Part shown: piece by piece, positions 50,183 to 60,041 of the stretch
Position numbering within the stretch: position 1 is the first letter of the stretch
Layout: the number at the start of each line of letters is the position of its first letter
DNA from: Hyphomicrobiales bacterium
Lineage (GTDB): Bacteria > Pseudomonadota > Alphaproteobacteria > Rhizobiales > Aestuariivirgaceae
Reading direction: 5' to 3'
NCBI GenBank assembly: GCA_031366855.1
Contig: JANLPA010000021.1
Location: forward strand, 5,814 to 69,813
Length of the DNA: 64,000 nucleotides
Program-made: the position numbers and the translations under genes
The notes under the pieces: generated by a model
The model's input: only the letters and a program-made list of their open reading frames with translations
Databases searched by the model: none
Told to the model about the DNA's origin: nothing

Positions 50183-51669
50183 GGAATGATCTTGCGTCAC
50201 GCACGCGTGAAATTGCGCTTGAAATTACGTCATGGCCAAGTGTGACAAACTCCATCGATGAAGCTCACTTTGCGTTGCGCTTGGCGGATTATATCACGGG
50301 GTTTGATTCCGTGTGGATTGAACCCATTCTGGGAGATGCAGCAGCGCGCAGCAATGTGTTTGCGCTTAAACATGGGCGCAGCAAGCGCACCATTGTGTTG
50401 ACGGGCCATTTCGATGTGGTGCCGATTGATGGTTATGGTGAATTTCAGTCACTGGCTTTTGAAGCTGAAAGACTTTTGCCTGAAGTCATTACGAAACTAA
50501 AGGCCAGTGGTGAAAACCCTCTCGCACTTAAAGATTTTGAAAGTGGAAAATTTTTGCCGGGCCGTGGCTTGCTGGATATGAAAGCTGGCCTTGCAGCAGG
50601 ACTTGCCGCAGCTGAAAATTATGTGGGTGATGCAACACTGTTGTTCATTGCCGTCTCTGATGAGGAAGATCGCTCTGCTGGGGCTAGGGCCGCAGCACCA
50701 CGGTTGCAAGAGATAGCTATTCAACATGGATTGGACATTGCACTTGTCATCAATCTTGATGCGATTTCCGACCAAGGTGATGGCGCGCGCGCGCGCGTGG
50801 CCACTATGGGGTCGATTGGCAAACAATTGGTCACAGCTTATGTGGTGGGCAAGGAAGCCCATGCGGGCTATCCACAAGATGGAGCCAATGCTGCATATCT
50901 AACAGCCGAACTGATTGCAGAATTTGAACTTGCTCCCGAGCTTTCAGAAACATCAGGTGATGAAGTGGCAGCACCGCCAACTTGCCTTCATGCCAAAGAT
51001 TTAAAACAAGGTTACAACGTAACCACTCCTGCCGCATCATGGGTCTATTGGAACACCATGCAGCACAGGCGCTCGGCGCAAGAGGTGTTTGATATTTCTT
51101 TTACGCTTGCCACGCGAGCGATGGTGAGAGCTGAAGTCCGCGTGAAGTGCGCTGTGCCTGTTTATTCTTATGCGGAAGTTGTGGCTCGCGTTTCTCCTTC
51201 AGCCGTAAAAGAAATGGCTGATGAAATTTCGCGGCTCACGCATTTGGATTTTCCAGAGCGGGCGAAAATGCTCACGCAATTTATCTGGGCGCAATCAGGA
51301 TTAGTGGGGCCTGCTGTTGTGTTAGGATTTGGGTCGATCCCTTATCCGGCGGTTTCATTTTCAAATTCTGCACTGGAACAAAAAATTACTGAAACCTTGC
51401 AGCCCTTAGGTATTGGTACGCTCAAATATTTTGCTGGAATTTCAGATATGAGTTTCTTTGGTGAAGCCTCAGGTGATCTCTCGATAGTTGCTGCCAATAC
51501 ACCCATTTGGGGAACCAGCTTTGTGATGCCCGAGGCTGCTGGTTATCCTTGCATCAATATTGGCCCATGGGGCCGTGACTATCATCATTGGTTGGAACGC
51601 TTGCATGCTCCTTACGCGTTTGAAGTTTTGCCCTTGGCACTGCTTGCAGTGATTGCTGCTGTGGTTTAG
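50179..51669 (+). CDS. M20-family metallohydrolase, RocB-like
   Basis: LTGHFDVV, GRGLLDMKAG, DEE, GSIGK, GKEAHAG, ISDMS, NIGPWGRDYH..ER. Confidence 0.8.
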   Translation: MRNDLASRTREIALEITSWPSVTNSIDEAHFALRLADYITGFDSVWIEPILGDAAARSNVFALKHGRSKRTIVLTGHFDVVPIDGYGEFQSLAFEAERLLPEVITKLKASGENPLALKDFESGKFLPGRGLLDMKAGLAAGLAAAENYVGDATLLFIAVSDEEDRSAGARAAAPRLQEIAIQHGLDIALVINLDAISDQGDGARARVATMGSIGKQLVTAYVVGKEAHAGYPQDGANAAYLTAELIAEFELAPELSETSGDEVAAPPTCLHAKDLKQGYNVTTPAASWVYWNTMQHRRSAQEVFDISFTLATRAMVRAEVRVKCAVPVYSYAEVVARVSPSAVKEMADEISRLTHLDFPERAKMLTQFIWAQSGLVGPAVVLGFGSIPYPAVSFSNSALEQKITETLQPLGIGTLKYFAGISDMSFFGEASGDLSIVAANTPIWGTSFVMPEAAGYPCINIGPWGRDYHHWLERLHAPYAFEVLPLALLAVIAAVV

Positions 51670-51698
51670 ACAGCGCCCAAATTGAACAGGAGAAGACA

Positions 51699-52049
51699 AT
51701 GACAATTCAACGTATCGGTGTTGGCAAGCGCATGAGCGAAGCTGTGATTTATGGAGGCGTGGTTCGCACCTCTGGATTCGTGGCTGATAAGACTGCAGGC
51801 AAATCGGTGAAAGAACAGACCGCAGAAATTCTAGCACTTATCGATGTGACATTGAAGCAAGCGGGCACTGATAAAGCTAAATTGTTGAAGGCCAATATTT
51901 GGCTCACTGATATTGGCACCTTCGCACAAATGAACGAAGCTTGGGATACGTGGGTTTCGCAAGGCAACACACCAGCGCGCGCCACTGTTGAATCAAAGCT
52001 GGCTGCACCCGGCCTCGATGTTGAAATTATGGTGGAAGCAGCGGTTTAA
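51699..52049 (+). CDS. RidA/YoaB family protein
   Basis: RMSEAV, IWL.D...FAQMN..WD.W, PARATVE. Confidence 0.9.
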   Translation: MTIQRIGVGKRMSEAVIYGGVVRTSGFVADKTAGKSVKEQTAEILALIDVTLKQAGTDKAKLLKANIWLTDIGTFAQMNEAWDTWVSQGNTPARATVESKLAAPGLDVEIMVEAAV

Positions 52050-52112
52050 GCTCTCGCCCTATTTTGGTCTCATTCCCTCTTATGTTGCACCGCAATATGA
52101 GAGGGACTTTAA

Positions 52113-52457
52113 TTGAAAAAACTTATTTTATCTGTTGTATTACTTGCATTTACGTTTGTTGCACCTGCTAATGCGTTCACTGTTGGTATGGCTTCTTTTT
52201 ACAAAACCGGTCGCGTTACGGCCAATGGTGAGGCTTTCGAGCCGCTGGGATTAACCGCAGCGCACCGCAATCTTCCCTTCGGAACTTATTTGAAAGTGAC
52301 CAATTTGCGCACAGGCAAATTTGTTATTGTGCGCGTGAATGATCGCGGGCCTTTCATTAAAGGCCGCATTTTAGATCTTAGTTTGGGTGCTGCAAAAGTC
52401 ATTGGACTTACCAATTCTGGTGTTGGTAAAATTTCTTACACAATCCTCAATCAGTAA
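52113..52457 (+). CDS. RlpA-family lytic transglycosylase (DPBB domain only)
   Basis: Signal peptide; [31 protein letters not shown]. Confidence 0.9.
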   Translation: MKKLILSVVLLAFTFVAPANAFTVGMASFYKTGRVTANGEAFEPLGLTAAHRNLPFGTYLKVTNLRTGKFVIVRVNDRGPFIKGRILDLSLGAAKVIGLTNSGVGKISYTILNQ

Positions 52458-52530
52458 TGCGTAGTCGGCGATAGACTCATCGATCAAGTTCGATATAGTC
52501 GTGTTTCAACAGCACATGAGAGACTTGCAA

Positions 52531-53274
52531 ATGGGTGGAAGACTTCACGGCAAAACAGCACTGGTAACATCAGCAGCGCAAGGTATTGGGCGATCATCAG
52601 CGCTGGCTATGGCCGATCAAGGGGCCATGGTTTGGGCAACTGATATTCAAGGCGAGCTGCTCAAAACTTTAGAAGCCGAACATGATAACATTAAAACATT
52701 TACATTAGATGTTTTGAATGCCGATGCGATTAAAGCTGCCGCTGCAAAAGTGGGTACTCTTGATATTTTGTTCAATTGCTCTGGCTTTGTGCACAATGGC
52801 ACTATTCTGGAAACGGAAGATAAAGACTGGGACTTCTCGTTTGATCTTAATGTGAAATCACATTTCCGCATGTGCAAAGCTTTTTTGCCGGCAATGCTGG
52901 CGCAGGGCCATGGCTCCATCATCAACATGGCATCGGTTGCCTCTAACATTAAAGGTGTTCCTAATCGCTTGGCTTATGGTGCATCTAAGGCCGCAGTGAT
53001 TGGCTTCACCAAAGCGATGGCGGCGGATTTTGTGACTAAAGGTATTCGCGTGAATTGCGTTTGCCCGGGCACTGTGGAAACGCCTTCCCTTTATGACCGT
53101 ATGCGGGCGCAGGGCGATTTTGAAAAAGCCAAAGCAGCCTTCATAGCGCGACAACCCATGGGGCGTTTGGCGCAACCTGAAGAAATTGCTGCGGCGGTCG
53201 TTTATCTTGCAAGCGATGATGCCGCCTTTATTACGGGTCAATCAATCGTTATTGATGGTGGCATGACAAATTAA
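52531..53274 (+). CDS. SDR oxidoreductase (2-keto-3-deoxy-L-fuconate dehydrogenase/BDH2-like)
   Basis: VTSAAQGIG, LFNCSGFVH.G, NR..YGASK, CPGTVETPSL, FIARQPMGR. Confidence 0.85.
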   Translation: MGGRLHGKTALVTSAAQGIGRSSALAMADQGAMVWATDIQGELLKTLEAEHDNIKTFTLDVLNADAIKAAAAKVGTLDILFNCSGFVHNGTILETEDKDWDFSFDLNVKSHFRMCKAFLPAMLAQGHGSIINMASVASNIKGVPNRLAYGASKAAVIGFTKAMAADFVTKGIRVNCVCPGTVETPSLYDRMRAQGDFEKAKAAFIARQPMGRLAQPEEIAAAVVYLASDDAAFITGQSIVIDGGMTN

Positions 53275-53390
53275 CCGTTGCCATTGCTGGACCATCTAAT
53301 TTAAAAATCTGGCTAGCGACGGAAATTTCACCTCCCAGTCGTCTATTCCACAATCAGGGCCGTTGCTCTGAATTGATGGAGTAGAAAATA

Positions 53391-53801
53391 ATGAAACGAA
53401 TTTTTTTAGGTGCCTGTGCTGTTGTGCTTATGGCTGGTTTTGCGACGGCGCAAACTGCTACGACCAATGGCAACCCGCCCCCACCACCGCCCCAGGACCA
53501 ACAGGCGGATGGCCCAGATTCACAAGGTGGAGGCTGGTTCAGCGGGTGGCGACATGGTCGCCACCATGGAGAAATGGGTCGTGGCATGCGAAATGGTAGG
53601 GATGGCGGCGGACCGGGCATGCACATGGATGGCAAGGGTTTTGGCCTTATGGTTGGCCCAGGCCATGGTTTGCATGTGAGTTGCGGCGATGAACCGATCA
53701 AGGATTGCATTGCGTCTGCGCAGCCTTTGATTGATGCTTTGGGCAAGTTGGATTTCAAAATGCCAGCCCCCGCGGCAGGTGCAGTTCCGCCTGCGCCATA
53801 A
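53391..53801 (+). CDS. Secreted Pro/Gly/His/Met-rich hypothetical protein
   Basis: GGAG RBS, signal peptide, low-complexity middle, V.C.DEP..DC motif. Confidence 0.7.
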   Translation: MKRIFLGACAVVLMAGFATAQTATTNGNPPPPPPQDQQADGPDSQGGGWFSGWRHGRHHGEMGRGMRNGRDGGGPGMHMDGKGFGLMVGPGHGLHVSCGDEPIKDCIASAQPLIDALGKLDFKMPAPAAGAVPPAP

Positions 53802-53816
53802 ACTAATTTACTGGTT

Positions 53817-53836
53817 GGGCGGCAGCGATGCCGCCC
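53817..53836. terminator. GC hairpin with GCGA tetraloop after the secreted protein gene
   Basis: GGGCGGCA-GCGA-TGCCGCCC; no U-tract. Confidence 0.45.
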
Positions 53837-53909
53837 TTCCCACCTCCTGCCCCCTTGGCTTTTGTAATTTGCCGTCATAGGATTGCTAAAAGCCTGAGGG
53901 AGAGAAAAC

Positions 53910-54987
53910 TTGAAGCCGAAAAAAGCGGCCATAGAAGCCTGCGGTGTTAGCCGTGTGTTTGCGGCCAAAGGCCAGCAAGCGGTTGCAGCCCTTGATGACG
54001 TGTCTGTCACCATCAATGAAAATGAATTTTTTACACTACTTGGACCATCCGGCTGCGGCAAGACCACATTACTACGTTTAATAGCCGGATTTGATTTTCC
54101 AACCTCGGGTGAAATTCGTTTGTACGGCGAAGACATCGCCATGCTGCCGCCGTTCAAGCGGCCGGTGAACACTGTGTTTCAAAATTACGCTTTGTTTCCG
54201 CATATGTATGAGTGTGGCGCAAAATATTGGTTTTGGTTTGGAAATGTTGGGCCGCCCCCGTGCCGAAATTGATGCGCGGGTTTTAGAAATGTTGAAGCTG
54301 GTGCGCATGGAAGATTTGGCAGCGCGCAAGACCAGTCAAATTTCTGGTGGGCAACAGCAGCGTGTGGCCTTGGCGCGGGCTCTTGCGCCTAAGCCAAAGG
54401 TGTTGTTGCTTGACGAGCCGCTATCGGCGCTCGATTACAAATTGCGCAAAGACATGCAGATTGAATTGAAGCGCCTGCAGCATGAAACGGGCATTACTTT
54501 TATATTTGTGACGCATGATCAAGAAGAAGCCTTGACCATGAGCGACCGCATTGCGGTGATGAGCAAGGGCAAGATTTTGCAAGTGGGTTCACCCCATCAA
54601 ATCTATGATGAGCCATCGGTGCGCTTTGTTGCCAATTTTATCGGCGAGACAAATTTTCTGGGTGGCACGGTTACAAAAAATGGCCGTGTGAAATTGGCAG
54701 CTGGACCAGAAATTGCGGCAGCGGGCTCAGCATCATCTGGCTCGGTTACAGTGGTCGTGCGGCCAGAACATGCAAGCCTCACTTCGGTTGCGAAGGGCCA
54801 ATTGAAAGCCGTTGTAAGCAATGTGGTTTATTTTGGAACCGACACACATTTTCATGTGACACTATCTGATGGCACAGGATTTATGGTGCGCCAGCAAAAC
54901 AGTGGCGGTGCCGCAGCTAAAATTACCGAGGGCGATAAGGTTGGCGTTCTCATAGCTCCCGGCATAGCGCGAATTTTGCAGGATTGA
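53910..54987 (+). pseudogene. PotA-like polyamine ABC ATPase, frameshifted by a TATG duplication
   Basis: Walker A in ORF 53910..54272; signature and Walker B in ORF 54208..54987; CA-TATG-TATG-AGT at 54201-54213. Confidence 0.85.
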
Positions 54988-54989
54988 TC

Positions 54990-55898
54990 ATGACAACACT
55001 TGCAAGCACGGTTGATCATAACAATGCCAAACGCAATTGGTGGCTCTCAGCACCGGCATTGATCAGCATTGTGATATTCGGCATTTTGCCTTTGCTGGTT
55101 ATTTTGGTTTATTCATTTTTGAAGCCTGCTCCCTATGGTGGCGTGGTGTGGAAATTTTCTACTGAAGCTTATTCAAGCTTTTTGTTTCAGCGTGATATTT
55201 TTGATGACACGCTGCAATTCACACCGGACTATTTGATTATCTACGCCCGCTCGATTGGCTTTGCGATTTTCACAACTGTGGTCTGTTTGCTGCTTGGTTT
55301 CCCCACGGCTTATTTTATGGCCACGCGACCACCAGAGCAGCGCAATTGGTGGGTGCTGCTGATCACCATTCCATTTTGGTCCAATCTTTTGGTGCGCACC
55401 TTGGCCATTATGTTCATCATTCGTGATGAAGGCTTGATCAATCATATTCTCATTTGGGCGGGCTTCATCGATAAACCAATTGTAATGCTCTATACAAATT
55501 TCTCGATCATGCTGGGGCTGCTCTATTCATTCCTACCTTTCATGGTGTTGCCGCTTTATTCCAGTTTGGAAAAAATGGATTTCCGATTGGTGGAAGCGGG
55601 CTTTGATCTTTATGCCAATAAGCGCGCCGTGCTGTGGCGCATCATTATTCCACTGGCCAAGCCCGGCATTATTGCCGGGTGCTTGCTGGTGTTCATTCCG
55701 GCGCTTGGTGCCTATGTAACACCGCTGATTTTGGGGGGTGGTCTTCATTTGATGATTGGGGATTTGATTGCGCAGCAATTTGGCTCTGGCCGCAATTGGC
55801 CGCAAGGCTCAGCGCTGGCATTGATCCTGATGGCGGGCGTTTTAATTTCGCTATTTTTCTATGTGAGGAATACCACAGGAAAAATGCATCATGGCTAA
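54990..55898 (+). CDS. PotB-like ABC permease
   Basis: IPFWSNLLVR, LPFMVLPLY, LVEAGFDL, RNWP.GSA. Confidence 0.9.
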   Translation: MTTLASTVDHNNAKRNWWLSAPALISIVIFGILPLLVILVYSFLKPAPYGGVVWKFSTEAYSSFLFQRDIFDDTLQFTPDYLIIYARSIGFAIFTTVVCLLLGFPTAYFMATRPPEQRNWWVLLITIPFWSNLLVRTLAIMFIIRDEGLINHILIWAGFIDKPIVMLYTNFSIMLGLLYSFLPFMVLPLYSSLEKMDFRLVEAGFDLYANKRAVLWRIIIPLAKPGIIAGCLLVFIPALGAYVTPLILGGGLHLMIGDLIAQQFGSGRNWPQGSALALILMAGVLISLFFYVRNTTGKMHHG

Positions 55899-56697
55899 AC
55901 CGGTGCTCGATATTAAATCGCAACCCGGGTTTAAAACATTGGCAATCTTGTGTTTGGCCATTCTCTATATTCCAATTCTCATTCTGGTGATCTTTGCTTT
56001 TAACGCTGGCGATCTGGTGATGAGTTGGGAGGGGTTTAGTTTTAAGTGGTTTAGTGTGGCCTTTGCCAATCAAGAATTTAGAAGTGCAGCCAAAAATACG
56101 TTGATGATTTCCAGTGTGGCCACGGTGGTTGCCACAAGTTTTGCAACTCTGGCCGCCATTGGTATGACGCGCGTTAAACCATGGCCAGGCTTAGCTGCCG
56201 CTATGATGGTGATTAATTTGCCGTTGATGGTGCCGGAAATTATCACGGCGGTAGCCACACTTTCATTCTTTGCCTTGTTAGCTGGTGCCTTCGGTTTGAA
56301 TTTCGGCATTGGCAATATCATGCTGGCCCATATTGTGTTCTGTATTCCATTTGCCTTCATGCCCATTCGTGCGCGGCTTGAAGATATGGACCTGACATTG
56401 GAAAATGCGGCGGCTGATCTTTATGCGTCACCTTGGCAGGCTTTCAAACGTGTGACTTTGCCGTTGCTGATGCCTGGTGTAGCCTCGGGAGCTGCTTTGG
56501 CTTTCATTGTTTCGTTTGATGATTTTACCATCACGCAGCTGGTGGCGGGGCCGGGGCAAACGACACTGCCGCTTTATATTTGGAATAAAATTAGAAGGCC
56601 TATCACACCAGAGATCAATGCGATTTCAACAATCCTGATTGTGATCTCAATTCTATTCGTGGCAGGTTCATTCATTATTGCGCGCAGACGCAAATAA
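55891..56697 (+). CDS. PotC-like ABC permease
   Basis: LYIPI, VPEII, LENAAADL, SFDDF, TLPLYI, PEINA. Confidence 0.9.
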   Translation: MAKPVLDIKSQPGFKTLAILCLAILYIPILILVIFAFNAGDLVMSWEGFSFKWFSVAFANQEFRSAAKNTLMISSVATVVATSFATLAAIGMTRVKPWPGLAAAMMVINLPLMVPEIITAVATLSFFALLAGAFGLNFGIGNIMLAHIVFCIPFAFMPIRARLEDMDLTLENAAADLYASPWQAFKRVTLPLLMPGVASGAALAFIVSFDDFTITQLVAGPGQTTLPLYIWNKIRRPITPEINAISTILIVISILFVAGSFIIARRRK

Positions 56698-56728
56698 GGA
56701 AAACTTAAAATTTAACCGGGAGACGAAC

Positions 56729-57754
56729 ATGAAAAAAATACTATTGATGGCGGCCTCTGCACTCGCATTGGCAACAGCACCTGCATTGGCTGCTGGTGAT
56801 TTACATATTTACAACTGGGGTGATTACATCAGCCCAGACCTGATCACTAAATTTGAAAAAGCCTTCGATGTGAAGGTGACTTTGGATACTTATGATTCCA
56901 ACGAAACCATGCTTTCCAAGGTGAAGGCTGGAAATTCTGGTTATGATATTGTTGTGCCATCTGATTACACAGTTGCCATTATGATCAGTGAGGGTTTGCT
57001 TGAAAAAACTGAACCGAGCAGCATGGCAAACTTCAAGAATATGGACCCGCGTTGGGTTGATATCTATTGGGATGCAGGCCGCCATTACACTGTTCCATGG
57101 TTCATTGGCATGACCTCGCTCACGGTTGATACGGCCAGATTCAAAGGCGATATTGATACGCTGGCTCTGCTTTATAATCCACCAGAAGAACTTAAAGGCC
57201 AAATTAACATGCTCGACGATATGGGTTCAGTCATTCACGGGGCGGAGCGTTATTTAGGCGTACCACGCTGCGGCTCCGACAAGGCAGATTTGAAAAAGGT
57301 GAATGATCTGCTGCAAGCTGCGAAGCCATCATGGAAAACTTTCAGCTATGATACTTTGACCAAGATGGGTGAAGGCGATGTGATTGTTTCGCAAAACTGG
57401 AATGGTTATGGCTGGCGTGCGCGCCAAAAACTTTCGACGATCAAATTCGCCTATACCAAAGAAGGTATGGAAGGCTTTATGGACAATGTGGCCGTGCTGA
57501 AAGGTGCGGCCAATCTTGAAAATGCCAAGCTGTTCCAAAACTTCATGATGGAACCTGAAAATGCCGCAATGAATTCTAACTTCGCACGGTATGACAATGG
57601 CATTTTGGGCAGTCACGAATTCTTTGATGCTGATTTCAAATCGTCACCGGAAGTCAATCCACCTGCAGGTGCTCCGCCACCAGAATTCGTGCCACCTTGC
57701 TCACCTGAAGTTATTGAGATTTACAATAAAATTTGGACAAAGCTGAAGGGTTGA
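56729..57754 (+). CDS. PotD/PotF-like polyamine-binding protein
   Basis: Signal peptide; IYNWGDYI, DTYDSNE, YDIVVPSDY, WNG, KEG...MDN. Confidence 0.9.
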   Translation: MKKILLMAASALALATAPALAAGDLHIYNWGDYISPDLITKFEKAFDVKVTLDTYDSNETMLSKVKAGNSGYDIVVPSDYTVAIMISEGLLEKTEPSSMANFKNMDPRWVDIYWDAGRHYTVPWFIGMTSLTVDTARFKGDIDTLALLYNPPEELKGQINMLDDMGSVIHGAERYLGVPRCGSDKADLKKVNDLLQAAKPSWKTFSYDTLTKMGEGDVIVSQNWNGYGWRARQKLSTIKFAYTKEGMEGFMDNVAVLKGAANLENAKLFQNFMMEPENAAMNSNFARYDNGILGSHEFFDADFKSSPEVNPPAGAPPPEFVPPCSPEVIEIYNKIWTKLKG

Positions 57755-58905
57755 TGACGAAGCCCATTATTCCGAAAGCTGATTGGGATCGCCCACCGTG
57801 GAACCGGTGGGCGTTTCAGCATATTCGTGAAATTTTACCGACCGCAGAAGTGTGGCGCGGCGCTGGGCCAGTGCGCGACTTGCCACGGAACGAAATTGAT
57901 CTTGATGGTTTGAAAGTTAGGGGACTTGCTGGAAGCGAGGTGTCACTTGCTGCATTTCTTGATGAAACTTTTACGGACGGACTTATTGTTTTAAATAACG
58001 GTGCCATTGCCTATGAATGCTATTTGAATGGCATGACGCCACGAACCCTGCATCTTTCGCAATCGGTAGCCAAATCGACCATTGGCATGTTGTTTGGCAT
58101 TTTTTCTGGCCGTGGACAGATTGATTTGCGGGCACCGCTTTCGCAGTATTTGCCTGAGTTAGAAAACACCGGCTGGCGCGATGCTTCTGTACAACAGGTT
58201 TTGAATATGACATCGGGCATAAAGTTTGATGAGACTTATACCGATCCCTATTCTGATATTGGACAATCAGATGTGGCATCTGGGTGGAAGCCAGTGCCAA
58301 CCGATTGCGACCCAAAATTCAAGTGGCCAACTGACATTTGGAGTCAGATTGTTGACTTAAAAAACGCAACGAGACCGCACGGTGCAGCATTTGAATATCG
58401 GTCTATCGAAACTGATGTGTTGGCATTTTGTTTGGAGCGGGTTGCGGGCAAACGCCTTCCTCAAATTTTGTCTGAAGAGATTTGGCAAAAACTCGGAATG
58501 GAAGAGAGTGCAAATTTCACAGTCGATCCTGCTGGATATGCGCTTGCTTCTGGCGGATTGAATGCCACTCTTCGCGATTATGCGCGCTTTGGCCAAATGG
58601 TTCTGCAAAATGGGGCAGAGATTGTTCCGGAAGCTTATGTAGTGCAGACCCGCAATGGCAACCATAAAATTTTTCCGGCACCTTATAATATTGCTTTGCC
58701 GCAAGGGGCTTATAGAAATCAGTTTTGGATTGAAGACCGCACTGAACAAGCCATCATGTGTCGCGGGGTTTTTGGGCAGCTTATCTATATCAGTTGGAAA
58801 TATAATATGGTTTTGGTCAAGCTTTCAAGCTGGCCTGATTTTTTAAATGTGAAATTTACAATCGCTACTTTGGATGCGGCTCATCGCATTGGGGCAGCAC
58901 TCTAA
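57754..58905 (+). CDS. Serine hydrolase, NylB (6-aminohexanoate-dimer hydrolase)-like
   Basis: W..PP.NRWAF N-terminus, SVAK (SxxK), FEYRS.ETDVL, GLNATLRD.ARFG, YRNQFW, GVFGQ; no signal peptide. Confidence 0.85.
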   Translation: MTKPIIPKADWDRPPWNRWAFQHIREILPTAEVWRGAGPVRDLPRNEIDLDGLKVRGLAGSEVSLAAFLDETFTDGLIVLNNGAIAYECYLNGMTPRTLHLSQSVAKSTIGMLFGIFSGRGQIDLRAPLSQYLPELENTGWRDASVQQVLNMTSGIKFDETYTDPYSDIGQSDVASGWKPVPTDCDPKFKWPTDIWSQIVDLKNATRPHGAAFEYRSIETDVLAFCLERVAGKRLPQILSEEIWQKLGMEESANFTVDPAGYALASGGLNATLRDYARFGQMVLQNGAEIVPEAYVVQTRNGNHKIFPAPYNIALPQGAYRNQFWIEDRTEQAIMCRGVFGQLIYISWKYNMVLVKLSSWPDFLNVKFTIATLDAAHRIGAAL

Positions 58906-60041
58906 TCAGCCAATAAAGTGCGAGAGATAATGTTGCGTTGAATTTCTGATGTGCCTTCATAGATGCGCATGATGCGGGCATCACGCACAAATCTTTCCAA
59001 GGGATAGCTTTGCGTGAAGCCATAACCGCCGTGAATTTGCAGGGCCTTGTCGGTCACACGACCTGCCATTTCGGAGGCGAAGAGTTTGGCCATCGAAGCC
59101 TCAATGGAATAGCGCTCGCCTATTAGGCGTTTGCGGATCGCTTCCAAACAAAGCCCGCGTGCCGCTGCAATGTCGGTTGCCATATCAGCCAGCATCCATT
59201 GCAAGCCTTGAAAATCACTGATGGGAGTTTTGCCAACTTTGTGATGTTTCATCCACTCATGGGTTACGGCATAAGCTGCTTCGGCAATACCCACACTGCA
59301 CATGGCAATATCTATGCGGCCCGCATCCAAAGTTTGCATGGCGGTACGCAGGCCCTTGCCTTCTTCGCCGAGTAAATTTGCGGCGGGCACTTTTGCGTCG
59401 ATGCTCAGTTCAAATGCATGGGCCCCGCGCAAACCCATTGTGGGCTCGGCTTTGGCTGTTGTGATGCCGCCATTTTTACTCTTAACAACAAAAGCGGAAA
59501 CGCCTCTGCCACCTGCGTCCGGATCAGTCTTGGCGTAGATCACTAAAATGTCGGCCGCACCCGCGTTAGAAATAAAATGCTTGGTGCCCTTGATGTGATA
59601 AAAATCGCCTTCACGCGTGGCGCGGGTGGTTATGCTGGCGGGGTCTGAGCCTGCACCAGGTTCGGTGAGGGCGAAAGCGCCAAAGGACTTTCCACTCGCG
59701 AGATTCGGCAAGTATTTTTGTTTCTGTTCTTCGTTGCCACCAAATTTAATTGAGTCCGAGCATAGAAAATGCGCCGACACCATGGAGCCGGTGGATGCAC
59801 AGGTGCCGCTGATCAGGGCCATTGATTCCAGTAAAGTTGTAGCATCCAAACCCATCCCGCCATATTCGGTTGGCAGATTCATGCCCATAATACCCATGTC
59901 GCTCAGAGCCTTCATGTGGTGGGTAGCAAAGCGCGCCTCACGATCGGTCGTTGCGGCTTCGGGCGCTAAAACACTGGCACAGAAATTTGAAATTGCGTCT
60001 AGTGTTGCAAGATCAAGCAGATCATCAGGGAAACGTGCCAT
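58902..60041 (-). CDS. Acyl-CoA dehydrogenase
   Basis: FALTEPGAGSD, GTKHFISN, FQGLQW, QIHGGYG, IYEGTSEIQR. Confidence 0.93.
   Translation of the reverse strand: MARFPDDLLDLATLDAISNFCASVLAPEAATTDREARFATHHMKALSDMGIMGMNLPTEYGGMGLDATTLLESMALISGTCASTGSMVSAHFLCSDSIKFGGNEEQKQKYLPNLASGKSFGAFALTEPGAGSDPASITTRATREGDFYHIKGTKHFISNAGAADILVIYAKTDPDAGGRGVSAFVVKSKNGGITTAKAEPTMGLRGAHAFELSIDAKVPAANLLGEEGKGLRTAMQTLDAGRIDIAMCSVGIAEAAYAVTHEWMKHHKVGKTPISDFQGLQWMLADMATDIAAARGLCLEAIRKRLIGERYSIEASMAKLFASEMAGRVTDKALQIHGGYGFTQSYPLERFVRDARIMRIYEGTSEIQRNIISRTLLAD

Noticed and set aside
50783-50797. (GC)7 dinucleotide run as a phase-variation or Z-DNA site
   Set aside because: It is in frame and encodes GARAR within an intact ORF; nothing indicates variation.
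53354-54172. 272-aa minus-strand ORF and other long antisense ORFs (e.g. 7671-8282, 35638-36282, 45518-46090)
   Set aside because: They shadow well-supported genes on the opposite strand and have no recognisable motifs.
57754-58905. Class C beta-lactamase resistance gene
   Set aside because: No signal peptide, and the motifs are NylB-type rather than AmpC YxN/KTG.
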